The notes under the pieces: generated by a model
Database searches by the model: none
What the model was told of the DNA's origin: nothing
What the model saw: the letters and a program-made list of their open reading frames with translations, nothing else
IMG/VR virus record: IMGVR_UViG_3300042508_000428
DNA: 64,000 nucleotides
Source of the DNA: a virus
Direction: 5' to 3' (one strand)
Program-made: the position numbers and the translations under genes
Shown: piece after piece, positions 1 through 9,976 of the stretch
Numbering within the stretch: position 1 is the stretch's first letter
How the letters are laid out: every line of letters begins with the position of its first letter

Positions 1-2
1 CT

Positions 3-410
3 CTTCCGATTATTAACGAAGAAATTAATTCATTGCTAGCAAATATTGTAGAATTTGAGGCAAGTTTTCAGAATGAAGATGGCAAGTTAGAGATCTATAT
101 TAAACATCCTAATTCTTCTCCAAGAGCAATCGAAAACTGTTCGGGAGCAGAGAAGTCTCTAGTTGCTATGGCAATTAGATTAGCATTGATTAAATGCGGT
201 AGTTTGCCCGTAAGCAACTTGTTTATTCTCGATGAACCAGCAACATCTCTTGATGCTGACCACTTAGAGAGTTTTATTAAGGTTCTAGAAATGATTAAAA
301 CACAATTTAAGCTTGTATTATTAATCACTCACCTAGATACATTAAAAGATTCGGTTGATAAAATAATTGAGATCAACAAGGACGAAGAGGGATTTGCGTA
401 TTTCAACTAA
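3..410 (+). CDS. C-terminal part of SMC/Rad50-like recombination ATPase (T4 gp46-like), truncated by the window edge
   Basis: ABC signature-like SGAEKS, Walker B/D-loop LFILDEPATSLD, H-loop LITH; frame is open back to the window start. Confidence 0.9.
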   Translation, partial: LPIINEEINSLLANIVEFEASFQNEDGKLEIYIKHPNSSPRAIENCSGAEKSLVAMAIRLALIKCGSLPVSNLFILDEPATSLDADHLESFIKVLEMIKTQFKLVLLITHLDTLKDSVDKIIEINKDEEGFAYFN

Positions 411-418
411 CTATTTAT
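410..418 (+). promoter_or_regulatory. Putative late promoter motif ACTATTTAT
   Basis: Recurrent motif; 30 nt before ATG 440, followed by AGGAGG. Confidence 0.65.
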
Positions 419-439
419 ATCACCACTAGGAGGTGCATC

Positions 440-508
440 ATGGCAAAAGGTAATGGAAATGGCAAAAAGCCAGAAAAGAAAGAAGTAAAGAAACCAGTTA
501 AGAAATAA
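440..508 (+). CDS. 22-aa Lys-rich peptide MAKGNGNGKKPEKKEVKKPVKK (not in ORF track)
   Basis: AGGAGG SD, own upstream motif and own downstream terminator. Confidence 0.65.
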   Translation: MAKGNGNGKKPEKKEVKKPVKK

Positions 509-525
509 TTTTTCTTCACTTCTAG

Positions 526-560
526 GGCACCAAGAATAAAACCTTGGTGCCTTTTTTATT
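526..560 (+). terminator. Intrinsic terminator
   Basis: GGCACCAAG / CTTGGTGCC stem, 8-nt loop, T6 tract. Confidence 0.8.
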
Positions 561-566
561 TGCGAT

Positions 567-575
567 ACTATTTAT
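567..575 (+). promoter_or_regulatory. Putative late promoter motif ACTATTTAT (terminase/portal operon)
   Basis: 33 nt before ATG 600, followed by AGGAGG. Confidence 0.65.
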
Positions 576-599
576 TGTATAATCTCAGGAGGATTAGTT

Positions 600-764
600 A
601 TGGCAGATCAAAAACCAAAAGGACACGGACCAGCAAAAGTTGCTCCATTTACACAAAGCCCAGGTACAGGAAAAGGAAGTAATTGGCCAAAACCAGGTGC
701 TCCAAATACAAAAGGTTTCAGTGAAAAAGTTGGCAAAGGCCACAGCGCTCCAAAGCCAAAATAA
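600..764 (+). CDS. 54-aa Lys/Gly/Pro-rich basic peptide (not in ORF track)
   Basis: AGGAGG SD; MADQKPKGHGPAKVAPFTQSPGTGKGSNWPKPGAPNTKGFSEKVGKGHSAPKPK; fills the gap better than the two antisense ORFs. Confidence 0.7.
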   Translation: MADQKPKGHGPAKVAPFTQSPGTGKGSNWPKPGAPNTKGFSEKVGKGHSAPKPK

Positions 765-773
765 GAGGTAGTT

Positions 774-1130
774 ATGCCTTTTGATCCAAAACAGATTCCT
801 GCTCTTGAAAAAACAGTTGAGATCAAGTATGGCGAAAAAGCCATACTTGATCCTTCTGTATTTTGGACTGCAGAAAAAGAAAAGATATACCTTGAACAAG
901 TTAAAGAAGTTGAGAAATATTATCGTCAACAGCCATACGAAAATTACAAAGATCAAGGTGGATTTATTGTTAAAGAAAAACTACTTAATAAGAGGAACTT
1001 TAAAAATTGTTCTTACTGCGGAGAGCAAGCATATAAGACAGACGACGAAGTTTATATGACCAAGTTTGATTGCTGTTCTAAATGCTATGTTATACACCTA
1101 GAAGGAAGAGAATACAAATGGCAGAAATAG
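774..1130 (+). CDS. Hypothetical protein with CxxC...CxxC zinc-finger-like motif
   Basis: CSYC and CSKC pairs, GAGG SD. Confidence 0.7.
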   Translation: MPFDPKQIPALEKTVEIKYGEKAILDPSVFWTAEKEKIYLEQVKEVEKYYRQQPYENYKDQGGFIVKEKLLNKRNFKNCSYCGEQAYKTDDEVYMTKFDCCSKCYVIHLEGREYKWQK

Positions 1131-1708
1131 TAAACAACGAGGTCCAAAATGATATTTACGAAATTGTCCGTGGGATTAGTCAAGCAGCCTCATTGATGTA
1201 TGATGGACCAACTTATAACGAAGATTCAGATAATAGAGTTGGTCTTAGAAGAGAAGAAGGAAGTTATGCTTTTGATAAAAGAATAATGGATGGTCTTCAT
1301 GTTAAAATGGGTGGAAGAAAATTAACTATTAATTACCACACAGAAGTTCCCTTAGCGTATATTCACAAAGTAGGCGCTGGCAAATACGAAGATGAAGTAG
1401 AAGAAATGTTAGAAAGAGGATTAACTTTTATTAAAAAAGAATTTAAAAAAATTACTGGCAAAACTCTTTCAGTCAAAGAAGCAAAAAGAACTTTAAAGAA
1501 TGGTAAGACAGTTAAGGATTTCGATGTTTTGATTCAACCAGTTTCTCGCTTTAGAACTTCCGTAACAGCACACAAATGTTATGAACTTACGGGTATCCCA
1601 GAAGCAGAAGAATATAAGAGTGAGATTATCGCTCAATACGATAAGTACCATAGCAAACTCTTTAAGAACAAGAAGAAAGCAGAAGAAGCTCCTAAGCGAG
1701 TTGCATGA
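1118..1708 (+). CDS. Hypothetical protein directly upstream of terminase
   Basis: Start re-assigned to ATG 1118; ATGA overlap with terminase. Confidence 0.7.
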   Translation: MAEIVNNEVQNDIYEIVRGISQAASLMYDGPTYNEDSDNRVGLRREEGSYAFDKRIMDGLHVKMGGRKLTINYHTEVPLAYIHKVGAGKYEDEVEEMLERGLTFIKKEFKKITGKTLSVKEAKRTLKNGKTVKDFDVLIQPVSRFRTSVTAHKCYELTGIPEAEEYKSEIIAQYDKYHSKLFKNKKKAEEAPKRVA

Positions 1709-3285
1709 GTGTCCAATTAACTAAGAAGGAAGTTGTTAAAGAAATAATTAAATGCGGGAAAGACCCCATTTATTTTATCAATAACTTTGTCAAAATTTCC
1801 CATCCAGTTCAAGGACTTATTAGTTTTAAACTTTATCCATTCCAAGAAGATTGTATAAAGCAATTTCAAGATTATAGATTTAATATCGTACTTAAAGCTC
1901 GTCAGATGGGTCTTTCGACTGCAACTGCGGGCTTTATTCTTTGGATGGTATTGTTTCATAGAGAAAAGACTGTCTTATCTGTTGCTACACAATTAAATGT
2001 TGCCGTTGGTATGGTTAAGAAAGTTAAGACCATGTACAAGAATCTTCCAGAGTGGATGAAAATTGCAAAGATTCAGGGAGACAACAAATCCACACTAGAA
2101 CTTAATAATGGTTCTTGGGTCAAGGCGGCGTCCACAACTGGCGACTCTGGTCGTTCTGAAGCACTCTCTTTGCTTGTCGTTGACGAAGCTGGCATCATCC
2201 AGGGTATGGATGAAATGTGGGCTGGTATTTACCCCACGATCGCTACTGGTGGTCGCTGTATTGCAGTATCAACTCCAAAGGGTGTTGGTAACTGGTTTCA
2301 TAAAACATATACTGATGCAGAACAAGGAAAGAATAACTTTAACCCTATTAAATTAAACTGGGACTCACACCCCGACCGAGATCAAAAATGGTTCGATAGC
2401 GAAACAAGAAACATGGGTAAAAAAGAAATTGCCCAAGAATATGAATGCTCTTTTAATTTCTCAGGAAATACGATTGTTGATGGAGAAATTATACAAGAAA
2501 TAAAAATAAACTGTATGAAACCAGATCGTCGTGGTGGATTCGACGGAAACTTGTGGATTTTTAAAGAACCAGAACCAGGTAGAAGATATTTACTTTCTGC
2601 TGACGTTGCCCGTGGCGATGCAGAAGATAATTCAGCATTCCACGTATTTGATGTAGATTCTATGGAACAAGTGGCAGAGTATCAAGGTAAAATAACTCCA
2701 GAACTTTATGCCGACCTTTTGTTTCAAATATCAAAAGACTATGGTCTATGTTTAACAATTGTAGAAAATAACTCCTTTGGATATGGTGTACTGGAAAAAC
2801 TCAAATCAATGAGACATCCATCCATTTACCACCACAAAAAATCAAGTTATGATTTTATTGAGCCAATGACAGCAACATATGATTCCAGCGCTGTTCCTGG
2901 TTTTTCTACTAATGTTAAGATGCGTCCTCTTGCTATTGCAAAAATGGAAGAGTTTTTACGAACCAAGTCTGTAAAAATCAATTCCGAAAGACTAATTACA
3001 GAGTTAGAAACATTTGTTTGGAATAACGGCAAAGCGGAGGCAATTAAAGGTTGTAATGATGATTTAGTAATGTCCCTTGCTATTGCCTGTTGGGTAAGAG
3101 AAGGGGCCTTAATTATTTCCCAAAGAGATGTACAATATCGTCAAGCATTCATAACAGGATTGTCAGTTGGCGGTAGAACATTTGAGTCATCAATACCAGG
3201 AATGCCTCAACATGCTACCGCCGAAAAAAGAAAAAGATGGGCAGAAGCCTACAACAATGCAAGAGAATTTTCTTGGTTAAAGTGA
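1705..3285 (+). CDS. Terminase large subunit (T4 gp17-like)
   Basis: VLKARQMGLST Walker A, LLVVDEAG Walker B, SADVARG and NDDLVMSLA nuclease motifs. Confidence 0.95.
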   Translation: MSVQLTKKEVVKEIIKCGKDPIYFINNFVKISHPVQGLISFKLYPFQEDCIKQFQDYRFNIVLKARQMGLSTATAGFILWMVLFHREKTVLSVATQLNVAVGMVKKVKTMYKNLPEWMKIAKIQGDNKSTLELNNGSWVKAASTTGDSGRSEALSLLVVDEAGIIQGMDEMWAGIYPTIATGGRCIAVSTPKGVGNWFHKTYTDAEQGKNNFNPIKLNWDSHPDRDQKWFDSETRNMGKKEIAQEYECSFNFSGNTIVDGEIIQEIKINCMKPDRRGGFDGNLWIFKEPEPGRRYLLSADVARGDAEDNSAFHVFDVDSMEQVAEYQGKITPELYADLLFQISKDYGLCLTIVENNSFGYGVLEKLKSMRHPSIYHHKKSSYDFIEPMTATYDSSAVPGFSTNVKMRPLAIAKMEEFLRTKSVKINSERLITELETFVWNNGKAEAIKGCNDDLVMSLAIACWVREGALIISQRDVQYRQAFITGLSVGGRTFESSIPGMPQHATAEKRKRWAEAYNNAREFSWLK

Positions 3286-3294
3286 GAATAAAAT

Positions 3295-5346
3295 ATGGCA
3301 GACAAAAAACCAGATTATACAAAAAATATACAAAATCACAACTCTCCTTTGTTCAAGAGACTAACCAAGTTATTTTCTGGTCCTATTGTCAATTTTAGAG
3401 CGCAAAAACCAACAAGAGAAAGAAAATATCAATTAGATAAATATGCTAGTCGTTTTAATTCTCTCCAAGGTTTATCATACAAGAAAAACGTCTACAACCC
3501 ATTTGACTCACTGCGCTCTGGAAACATGGCAATCCAAAGCCGTGCGGAAAGATATGTTGACTTTGAACAAATGGAATTTTATCCAGAGTTAGCATCGGCT
3601 CTTGATGTTTATGCAGATGAAATGACGACCTTTACAGAGGTTTCAAAACTATTAAAGATTGATTGCCATAACGAAGAAATCAAGAACATTATTGACACAT
3701 TGTTCTACAAGACATTAAATATTGAATCAAACCTGTTTAACTGGGCAAGAACAATGTGCAAGTATGGAGATTTCTTTTTATATCTTGATACAGACGAAGT
3801 CTTGGGTGTTAAATCAGCAATTGGTCTTCCTTCTCAAGAGATTGAAAGACTAGAAGGCGAAGATCAAACCAATCCAAACTATATTCAGTTCCAGTGGAAT
3901 GCTGGTGGTTTAACTTTTGAGAACTGGCAGATTGCTCACTTTCGTGTACTGGGTAATGATAAGTATTCTCCCTATGGTACATCTGTATTAGATCCAGCAA
4001 GAAGAATTTGGAGACAATTAATTCTTGTAGAAGATGCAATGATGGCAGCGCGTGTTATTCGTGCTCCAGATAGAAAAGTATTTGAGATCGACGTTTCTGG
4101 TATTCCCCCAGAAGATGTTGAACAATACATGCAGAGAGTCATTACTCAACTCAAAAGACATCAAGTTGTAGATGATACAACAGGGCAAGTAGATCTTCGC
4201 TATAATCCTCTAAGCGTAGAAGAAGATTATTATCTGCCTGTCCGCGCTGGTTCGGCATCCAAGATCACTCCACTTGCCGGTCAAAAAGGTATTGATTCAA
4301 TTGATGATATTAAATACCTAAAAGATAAATTGTTTGCGGCGATTAAGATTCCAAAAGCTTATCTATCTCAATCAGATCAAGGAGGGGAAGATAAATCAAC
4401 ACTTGCTCAGAAAGACATTCGTTTTGCTAGAACAATTCAAAGACTACAAAGAGCAATGCTTTCAGAAATGGAAAAAATTGGTATTGTTCACCTTTATACT
4501 CTTGGATTTAGAGGTGATGATTTAATCTCATTTAAACTTACTCTTAATAATCCTTCTCGTATTGCTCAAATGCAAGAACTAGAGGGATTAAGTCAAAAAC
4601 TTGATGTTGCTTCAAAAGCGCTTGGTGCAAACTTTTTCTCTCGTCAATATGTTTCTAAGAATATATTTGGCATGTCTGACGAAGATTTCGAGAAGATTGA
4701 AAGACAGCGTTTCTACGATAAGAGAGTTGATGCTGCTCTTGAAGCATCTGCTCAAGATACTCCAACAGCAGGAGATATGAGTGGACTTGGCGCACCAGCA
4801 GGCGCAGAAACTCCAACAGCAGGAGCAGAGGCAACGCTTCCAACAGAAGCCCCGGGCGGACTAGGAGCAGGATTAACACCACCAACGCCCGAAGGAGAAA
4901 CACCAGCAGGAGAAACACCAGAGGCAGGAGCAGAAGCCCCACCCGCCCCAGGTGAAGAAGGCGGATCAGCACTATTAGCAGCGCCACCACCAACAGCACC
5001 AGCCAAAAGAGACAGTGTTGTAGCAAGGGACGACAAAGATAAACCAGTTAAAATTGAATATGCCGATGGAGCGTACATAACTCTTGGTTCAAAGGGCAAA
5101 AAATATAAACCAGTTGATGATGACAAAAGAGAAGATCGCGGACCATTTACAAGACATGTTAAATCTTTATGGGGAAGTCAAGCGTATGGTAAGAACTCCA
5201 AGAGAAATACTTTCGGATTTGGATATGTTACATCAGATCGTTTAGCAAAAGGTATTGCAGAGTCAATTGATACTAATTATAATAAGTCAGCCGAGGATCA
5301 ATTAAATAAACTTGACCGGGATTTAGAAACCATAATGGAAGAGTAA
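3295..5346 (+). CDS. Portal protein (T4 gp20-like) with long low-complexity C-terminal extension
   Basis: GTSVLDPARRIWRQLILVEDAM, RAPDRKVFEIDV, EEDYYLPVR motifs; follows terminase. Confidence 0.95.
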   Translation: MADKKPDYTKNIQNHNSPLFKRLTKLFSGPIVNFRAQKPTRERKYQLDKYASRFNSLQGLSYKKNVYNPFDSLRSGNMAIQSRAERYVDFEQMEFYPELASALDVYADEMTTFTEVSKLLKIDCHNEEIKNIIDTLFYKTLNIESNLFNWARTMCKYGDFFLYLDTDEVLGVKSAIGLPSQEIERLEGEDQTNPNYIQFQWNAGGLTFENWQIAHFRVLGNDKYSPYGTSVLDPARRIWRQLILVEDAMMAARVIRAPDRKVFEIDVSGIPPEDVEQYMQRVITQLKRHQVVDDTTGQVDLRYNPLSVEEDYYLPVRAGSASKITPLAGQKGIDSIDDIKYLKDKLFAAIKIPKAYLSQSDQGGEDKSTLAQKDIRFARTIQRLQRAMLSEMEKIGIVHLYTLGFRGDDLISFKLTLNNPSRIAQMQELEGLSQKLDVASKALGANFFSRQYVSKNIFGMSDEDFEKIERQRFYDKRVDAALEASAQDTPTAGDMSGLGAPAGAETPTAGAEATLPTEAPGGLGAGLTPPTPEGETPAGETPEAGAEAPPAPGEEGGSALLAAPPPTAPAKRDSVVARDDKDKPVKIEYADGAYITLGSKGKKYKPVDDDKREDRGPFTRHVKSLWGSQAYGKNSKRNTFGFGYVTSDRLAKGIAESIDTNYNKSAEDQLNKLDRDLETIMEE

Positions 5347-5348
5347 AA

Positions 5349-6167
5349 ATGAAGATAAACCACAATAAAAAAAGAAATACATTATTTTTATACGAAGCTC
5401 TTGTAAGAGAATACACAAAAGCAAAATTAGATAATGATCCAAGAAAATTACAAGAGATTCGTAATTTATTTGTGGAATATTTTTCAGAAGGAAAAGTTCT
5501 CAAAGAAGAACTAAAAATTTATAAAGCCGTTCTTGAAACAAAAAATGTAGATAAAGAATTGGCAGAAAGAATTTTATCAGAAGCGAAAAGAATGTATTCT
5601 GGTCTTGGAATGGATAAAGTGTTCCAACAACAGAGTTCTTTGATCGCTAAAGTTAATCGTTCGTTAACTCCTAAGTTTTTTGCAAATTATGTTCCAAACT
5701 ATAAAGATATTGCTACTCTTCAACAAATCTTTGGAGAAAAAGTTTCCATTCCAGCAAGAATGTTGATGGAGAGACAAGCGATTGAGAAGATGACAGTTGG
5801 TGAACAAACATTAGATCAAATTAATGAGAAAATTGATAAGTATGTTGTTCATAGTTATTTAAATGCTTTTAACAAAAAATACTCTGATCTATTAGAAAAC
5901 CAGAAGTCTTTATTGAAGAAATATATGACTGCAACAGAAGATGATAATACTGATTTTGTTGTTTTCTTAAACGAAGAATTACAAAACATTTCTTCTAAAT
6001 TAAATACTGCTCACAATGTTGCAGAGATTAAAGAAGACAAAGAAATTCTAAAGAAATTAGTCGAAGTCAAAAAGAGATTTAACACTCTCAAAGATGAAGA
6101 AATTGACGAGAAGTATCTACAAAAGATCCTTAAATTCCAAAAACTCGTCAATGAATTAGAGAACTAA
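5349..6167 (+). CDS. Hypothetical helical protein of the head-assembly region
   Basis: Clean ORF, coupled to portal; ACTAATTAT motif variant at 5272. Confidence 0.7.
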   Translation: MKINHNKKRNTLFLYEALVREYTKAKLDNDPRKLQEIRNLFVEYFSEGKVLKEELKIYKAVLETKNVDKELAERILSEAKRMYSGLGMDKVFQQQSSLIAKVNRSLTPKFFANYVPNYKDIATLQQIFGEKVSIPARMLMERQAIEKMTVGEQTLDQINEKIDKYVVHSYLNAFNKKYSDLLENQKSLLKKYMTATEDDNTDFVVFLNEELQNISSKLNTAHNVAEIKEDKEILKKLVEVKKRFNTLKDEEIDEKYLQKILKFQKLVNELEN

Positions 6168-6170
6168 AAT

Positions 6171-6782
6171 ATGGCAATAACTATTAAAATAACAGACAAT
6201 GAAGTTGCAGCTGCTGGTGTTAATCCAGAAGATATTGGAACACCTATAGGTGCAACTGAAGAACCAAAGAAAGAAGAAATTAAAATTATCTTTGGACCAA
6301 GGTTCTTAAAAGTTAAACTTAATATAAGAAAAACTTTGGACAATAATATTGTTATTTACGATCATCCTTTAATTGATATAGTAGTTATTCCATCTAAGAA
6401 TAAAATATTCACAATTCCAAAAGATAATGTAACATCTGATACATATCCTGCTCAAAATAGATATTTTAAGTTCCTAGATACCAAAGGAGTTTTGGTTAAA
6501 GGAACCATTAGAAGTGGAGCGATAATAAATTCACTAGAATCATTTTATCCGCCAAACGATAAGATTGATGTTTTACAAGTTATAATTCTTCTTACCAAGA
6601 GATTTCTTGAAAAAGAAATGGAGTTTATTGATATAGCAAAGAATTATGAAGAAAATGTAGAAGATATGTATGTCAATCCAGACGAAGAAGACACAACAGA
6701 ACTTGGTGAAGTTCCACAAAAACCAAGAAAGGGACATGTAAATATCTATCAAACTGCTTATGGTATTCTGTACAGAGTGTAG
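6171..6782 (+). CDS. Hypothetical protein
   Basis: Clean ORF in operon. Confidence 0.65.
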   Translation: MAITIKITDNEVAAAGVNPEDIGTPIGATEEPKKEEIKIIFGPRFLKVKLNIRKTLDNNIVIYDHPLIDIVVIPSKNKIFTIPKDNVTSDTYPAQNRYFKFLDTKGVLVKGTIRSGAIINSLESFYPPNDKIDVLQVIILLTKRFLEKEMEFIDIAKNYEENVEDMYVNPDEEDTTELGEVPQKPRKGHVNIYQTAYGILYRV

Positions 6783-6789
6783 GTGAAGA

Positions 6790-9414
6790 ATGCCTATTAA
6801 TAATTCAAACTTAAAAAAGGGCATTAGTTTAGTAGGTATTTCTTCTCCTGCTAATTTAAAGATTTATCCAACTGGATCTTATGTTATTCCACCAGGAACA
6901 GATGGTTATGTGTTACAATCTGATTCTACTTCTCTAACTGGATTCTCTTGGGTTTCTGCAAGCGGTGGAGGTGGTGGTGGCTCTCCTACTGGCAATGCAG
7001 GAGGGGATTTAACAGGTTCCTATCCAAATCCAACATTAAAGACAATAACTACCGCCGCAACATCTGGTTCTGCTTCCGTGGTTCCTGTCGTGACAGTGGA
7101 TGCAAAAGGCAGAGTAACAGGCATGTCCTCTGCAAACATTGCCATTTCTCAATCTGCTGTTGCAAATTTAACAACCGATTTGTCCTCTAAACTTGCCTTA
7201 ACTGGCGGAACAATGACAGGAAATTTAAATATTTCTGCCGGAAATCAATTGTTTTTACAGGGAGTAGGAAATCTTCGTCTTGGTGTTGGGTTTTCTGTTG
7301 GAAATTTTTCTAATGCAAATGCAGTTGTAGAATTTAAACCGAGCACTTCTTCTAGGTTTACCTTTTTGGATAATGTAAATGGAGCATTAAAAAATCCAGT
7401 TCTCGCCCTTTGTAATTTGGACGGAGCAGGAAAAGGAATGGCATTGTTTGCTGATTCAAATTCGTCAGCATTCATCTATAGTGATAACGGAAATTTTGAC
7501 ATTACAAGCGATACAAAGGCTCGCATTGAAGCATCAACCTTTGGTTTAGGAACTTTAAGATTTCGGGTTGATAATAGTGGTTCTGCTTATGTTACAAATA
7601 AAATGTATGTCGGTGGCACGGTTGTACCAACAGCATTAATACATCTTAAAGCAGGAACAGCGACAGCAAATACAGCGCCTTTGAAATTTGCATCTGGTTC
7701 TCTTCTGACCTCGCCAGAAGCCGGTGCTGTTGAGTTTAATGGAGATAATCTTTACCTAACTATTACAAGCAGCACTGCCCGTAAAAACATTCTTTTAGCA
7801 GATAATGGTCTAACATTCGGACAAATTCCTTTTACAACAGGAAGCGGCAGATTGGCAGGAAGCTCTGCTTTGACATACACAGCAAGCAATTCAACTTTGA
7901 ACATGTCTTTCAATCAAAGCGCAAGAACTGCTATGATTGTTACAAACAACAGCACAAATCCTGCTGGTGAAGCTGGATTTTCTGGTGTAACAACTGCGGG
8001 AACAGCTTTCTTCGGGATGGGAAGTAGCGCAAGCTCAAAATCCGCCGGTATTTTAATTTATACAAACGAGTCAGTTCCTGTGTCGTTTTGGAATAATAAT
8101 ACCCGCGCCATGACCATAAATACCTCACAGCAACTTGGTATTGGTGTTTCTAATGCTACTGCGAATTTACATATAAAAGCAGGAACGGCAACTGCAAACA
8201 CAGCGCCTTTGAAATTTAACTCTGGAACTCTACTTGGTACAGCAGAAGCGGGTGCTATTGAATTTTTAACTGATAAGTATTATGCTTCAATTACAACTGG
8301 TCCTTCAAGAAAAGAAATTGCTTTAAGCGAAGGTCTAACATCTGGTCGAGTTCCTTTTGCCACAACAAATGGAAGATTAACAGATAATGCCAATCTAACA
8401 TATAACACAACAAACCTAATGTTGATGAGTGGTTCGTTTATGACTTCGCCAACATCAGGTGTTACTGCTTCAATTAGTGTTTTTGGTTCTGGAACTGTTG
8501 GTGGTTCTACATACCTTGATTTTATGCGTGTTACAAATGCTTCTTCTGGGGCAGGAACTCCCGCTAAAACATTTAGAGTGGATAATAGTGGTTCGCTTGA
8601 AATAGTAAATAATGCTTATAATCAAGTATTACTTTCTTTAACCGACAACGGAAATCTTTCTGTAAACGGAACCACAGCAGCAACAGTTGTAAGCAATGAT
8701 GCAACTTCTGGTTCTTTGAGATTCAATAACAATAATAGTCAAATATATGACGACGGAAATTTCCACATTCATTCTAGAGGCACTGGACAATCATTGTGGA
8801 TTAATGCGAATAGTGGTTCAATTATTATAGGAAATCAAAGTCCCGTTTCTGGTGGAGCAGCAGCAACTGCAATCACAATGGGTTCTTCTACAACCGCAAC
8901 TGCATACGTAAGTATGTATGGTAGCAAAACTTACACCATAGGTAGTTATGGTTATGTTTTTGCCGGTGGTGCTGGTGGACCATTAAGCGGCACAACAGCA
9001 CCATATACTTTATATTGCGATAATCGTATTCAATGTTCAGAACTTGATGCAACATCTGATGAAAGATTAAAAGACATACAAGGAGAAATTCCGCTACAAG
9101 AAGCCATTGATTTGGTAAACAATGTAAAGCCTATCAAGTTTACTTGGAAAGACGGCGAAGATAAAGGATTAAAAACAGGTTTCTCTGCACAACAAACTCA
9201 TAAAGCCGGATTCGACCATTTAGTCGGAGCAATTAAAAATGAAAAGGTGAAAGAAGAGATTGACGAAGACGGATTTGTAAGCCCAGATCAAGTTCAACTT
9301 ACAATCGCTTATGACCAAGTAATCCCATATCACACAGCAGTAATAAAACATTTATTAGAGAAGATTGAAAAACTGGAACAAACTGTGGCAGAATTACAAG
9401 CAAAGAATAAATAA
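6790..9414 (+). CDS. Tail fibre/spike-like protein with C-terminal peptidase S74 intramolecular chaperone
   Basis: G/S/T/A-rich beta-type sequence, GGDLTGSYPNPT motif, C-terminal SDERLKDI...GFSAQQ...YDQVIP...IEKLEQTVAEL. Confidence 0.85.
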   Translation: MPINNSNLKKGISLVGISSPANLKIYPTGSYVIPPGTDGYVLQSDSTSLTGFSWVSASGGGGGGSPTGNAGGDLTGSYPNPTLKTITTAATSGSASVVPVVTVDAKGRVTGMSSANIAISQSAVANLTTDLSSKLALTGGTMTGNLNISAGNQLFLQGVGNLRLGVGFSVGNFSNANAVVEFKPSTSSRFTFLDNVNGALKNPVLALCNLDGAGKGMALFADSNSSAFIYSDNGNFDITSDTKARIEASTFGLGTLRFRVDNSGSAYVTNKMYVGGTVVPTALIHLKAGTATANTAPLKFASGSLLTSPEAGAVEFNGDNLYLTITSSTARKNILLADNGLTFGQIPFTTGSGRLAGSSALTYTASNSTLNMSFNQSARTAMIVTNNSTNPAGEAGFSGVTTAGTAFFGMGSSASSKSAGILIYTNESVPVSFWNNNTRAMTINTSQQLGIGVSNATANLHIKAGTATANTAPLKFNSGTLLGTAEAGAIEFLTDKYYASITTGPSRKEIALSEGLTSGRVPFATTNGRLTDNANLTYNTTNLMLMSGSFMTSPTSGVTASISVFGSGTVGGSTYLDFMRVTNASSGAGTPAKTFRVDNSGSLEIVNNAYNQVLLSLTDNGNLSVNGTTAATVVSNDATSGSLRFNNNNSQIYDDGNFHIHSRGTGQSLWINANSGSIIIGNQSPVSGGAAATAITMGSSTTATAYVSMYGSKTYTIGSYGYVFAGGAGGPLSGTTAPYTLYCDNRIQCSELDATSDERLKDIQGEIPLQEAIDLVNNVKPIKFTWKDGEDKGLKTGFSAQQTHKAGFDHLVGAIKNEKVKEEIDEDGFVSPDQVQLTIAYDQVIPYHTAVIKHLLEKIEKLEQTVAELQAKNK
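7636..8405 (+). repeat. Internal duplication in the fibre gene (two copies of the LKAGTATANTAPLKF...EAGA.EF...GR module)
   Basis: Copies begin at 7636 and 8167; visible at DNA level (acagcgcctttgaaattt). Confidence 0.85.
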
Positions 9415-9426
9415 GGGAGCAATAAA

Positions 9427-9618
9427 ATGGAAATAACTGTTATTATAAAATTACCAGACGGCACTACAAAAACAGTAGAACTTGTAGGAGCAAATATAAA
9501 TACAACTTGGAACAGTACCGTACCATATAATCCATCTTTAACACCAGATGCTCCAATCGTAGGACATCTATCATTGCAAGGTATAATAAAAGATAGTTTA
9601 TTGGTTGGTTCAGTTTAA
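9427..9618 (+). CDS. Small hypothetical protein
   Basis: GGAG SD, follows fibre gene. Confidence 0.55.
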   Translation: MEITVIIKLPDGTTKTVELVGANINTTWNSTVPYNPSLTPDAPIVGHLSLQGIIKDSLLVGSV

Positions 9619-9628
9619 TAGAGGAACA

Positions 9629-9976
9629 ATGCTACAACTAATTTATTTTATTCTCGTTTCTTACGGTTTAACCCAAATACTTTGTTATGGTAGTATATTA
9701 AATCCAATAAGACCAACAAAAGGTAAACTTGGAGAACTATTCAAGTGTCCTATGTGTATGGGATTTTGGGTAGGAATGTTCCTATGTGGCATTTCGCCAT
9801 ATACAGAACTATTTAGTTTTGGACAGACATTTATTAATTTTATCCTGTTGGGGTGCTTAAGTTCAGGAACAAGCTACATACTGAACATGGGAGTAAGCGA
9901 TGACGGCTTTAATTTTAAAATCAAATCAGGGAGTCAACCTCTGGACAAACAAGTGGATGAAAAGACCACCAACTAA
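9629..9976 (+). CDS. Membrane protein with CPMCMGFW motif (DUF1360-like)
   Basis: Hydrophobic segments plus CPxCxxxW motif; GAGG SD before ATG 9629. Confidence 0.6.
   Translation: MLQLIYFILVSYGLTQILCYGSILNPIRPTKGKLGELFKCPMCMGFWVGMFLCGISPYTELFSFGQTFINFILLGCLSSGTSYILNMGVSDDGFNFKIKSGSQPLDKQVDEKTTN

Noticed and set aside
515-542. Possible third promoter-in-terminator-loop (TTCACT-16-TAAAAC)
   Set aside because: Both hexamers and the spacer deviate from consensus, and the downstream gene already has the late motif
1118-1708. Small terminase assignment by position
   Set aside because: No recognisable gp16-like motif; position alone is insufficient
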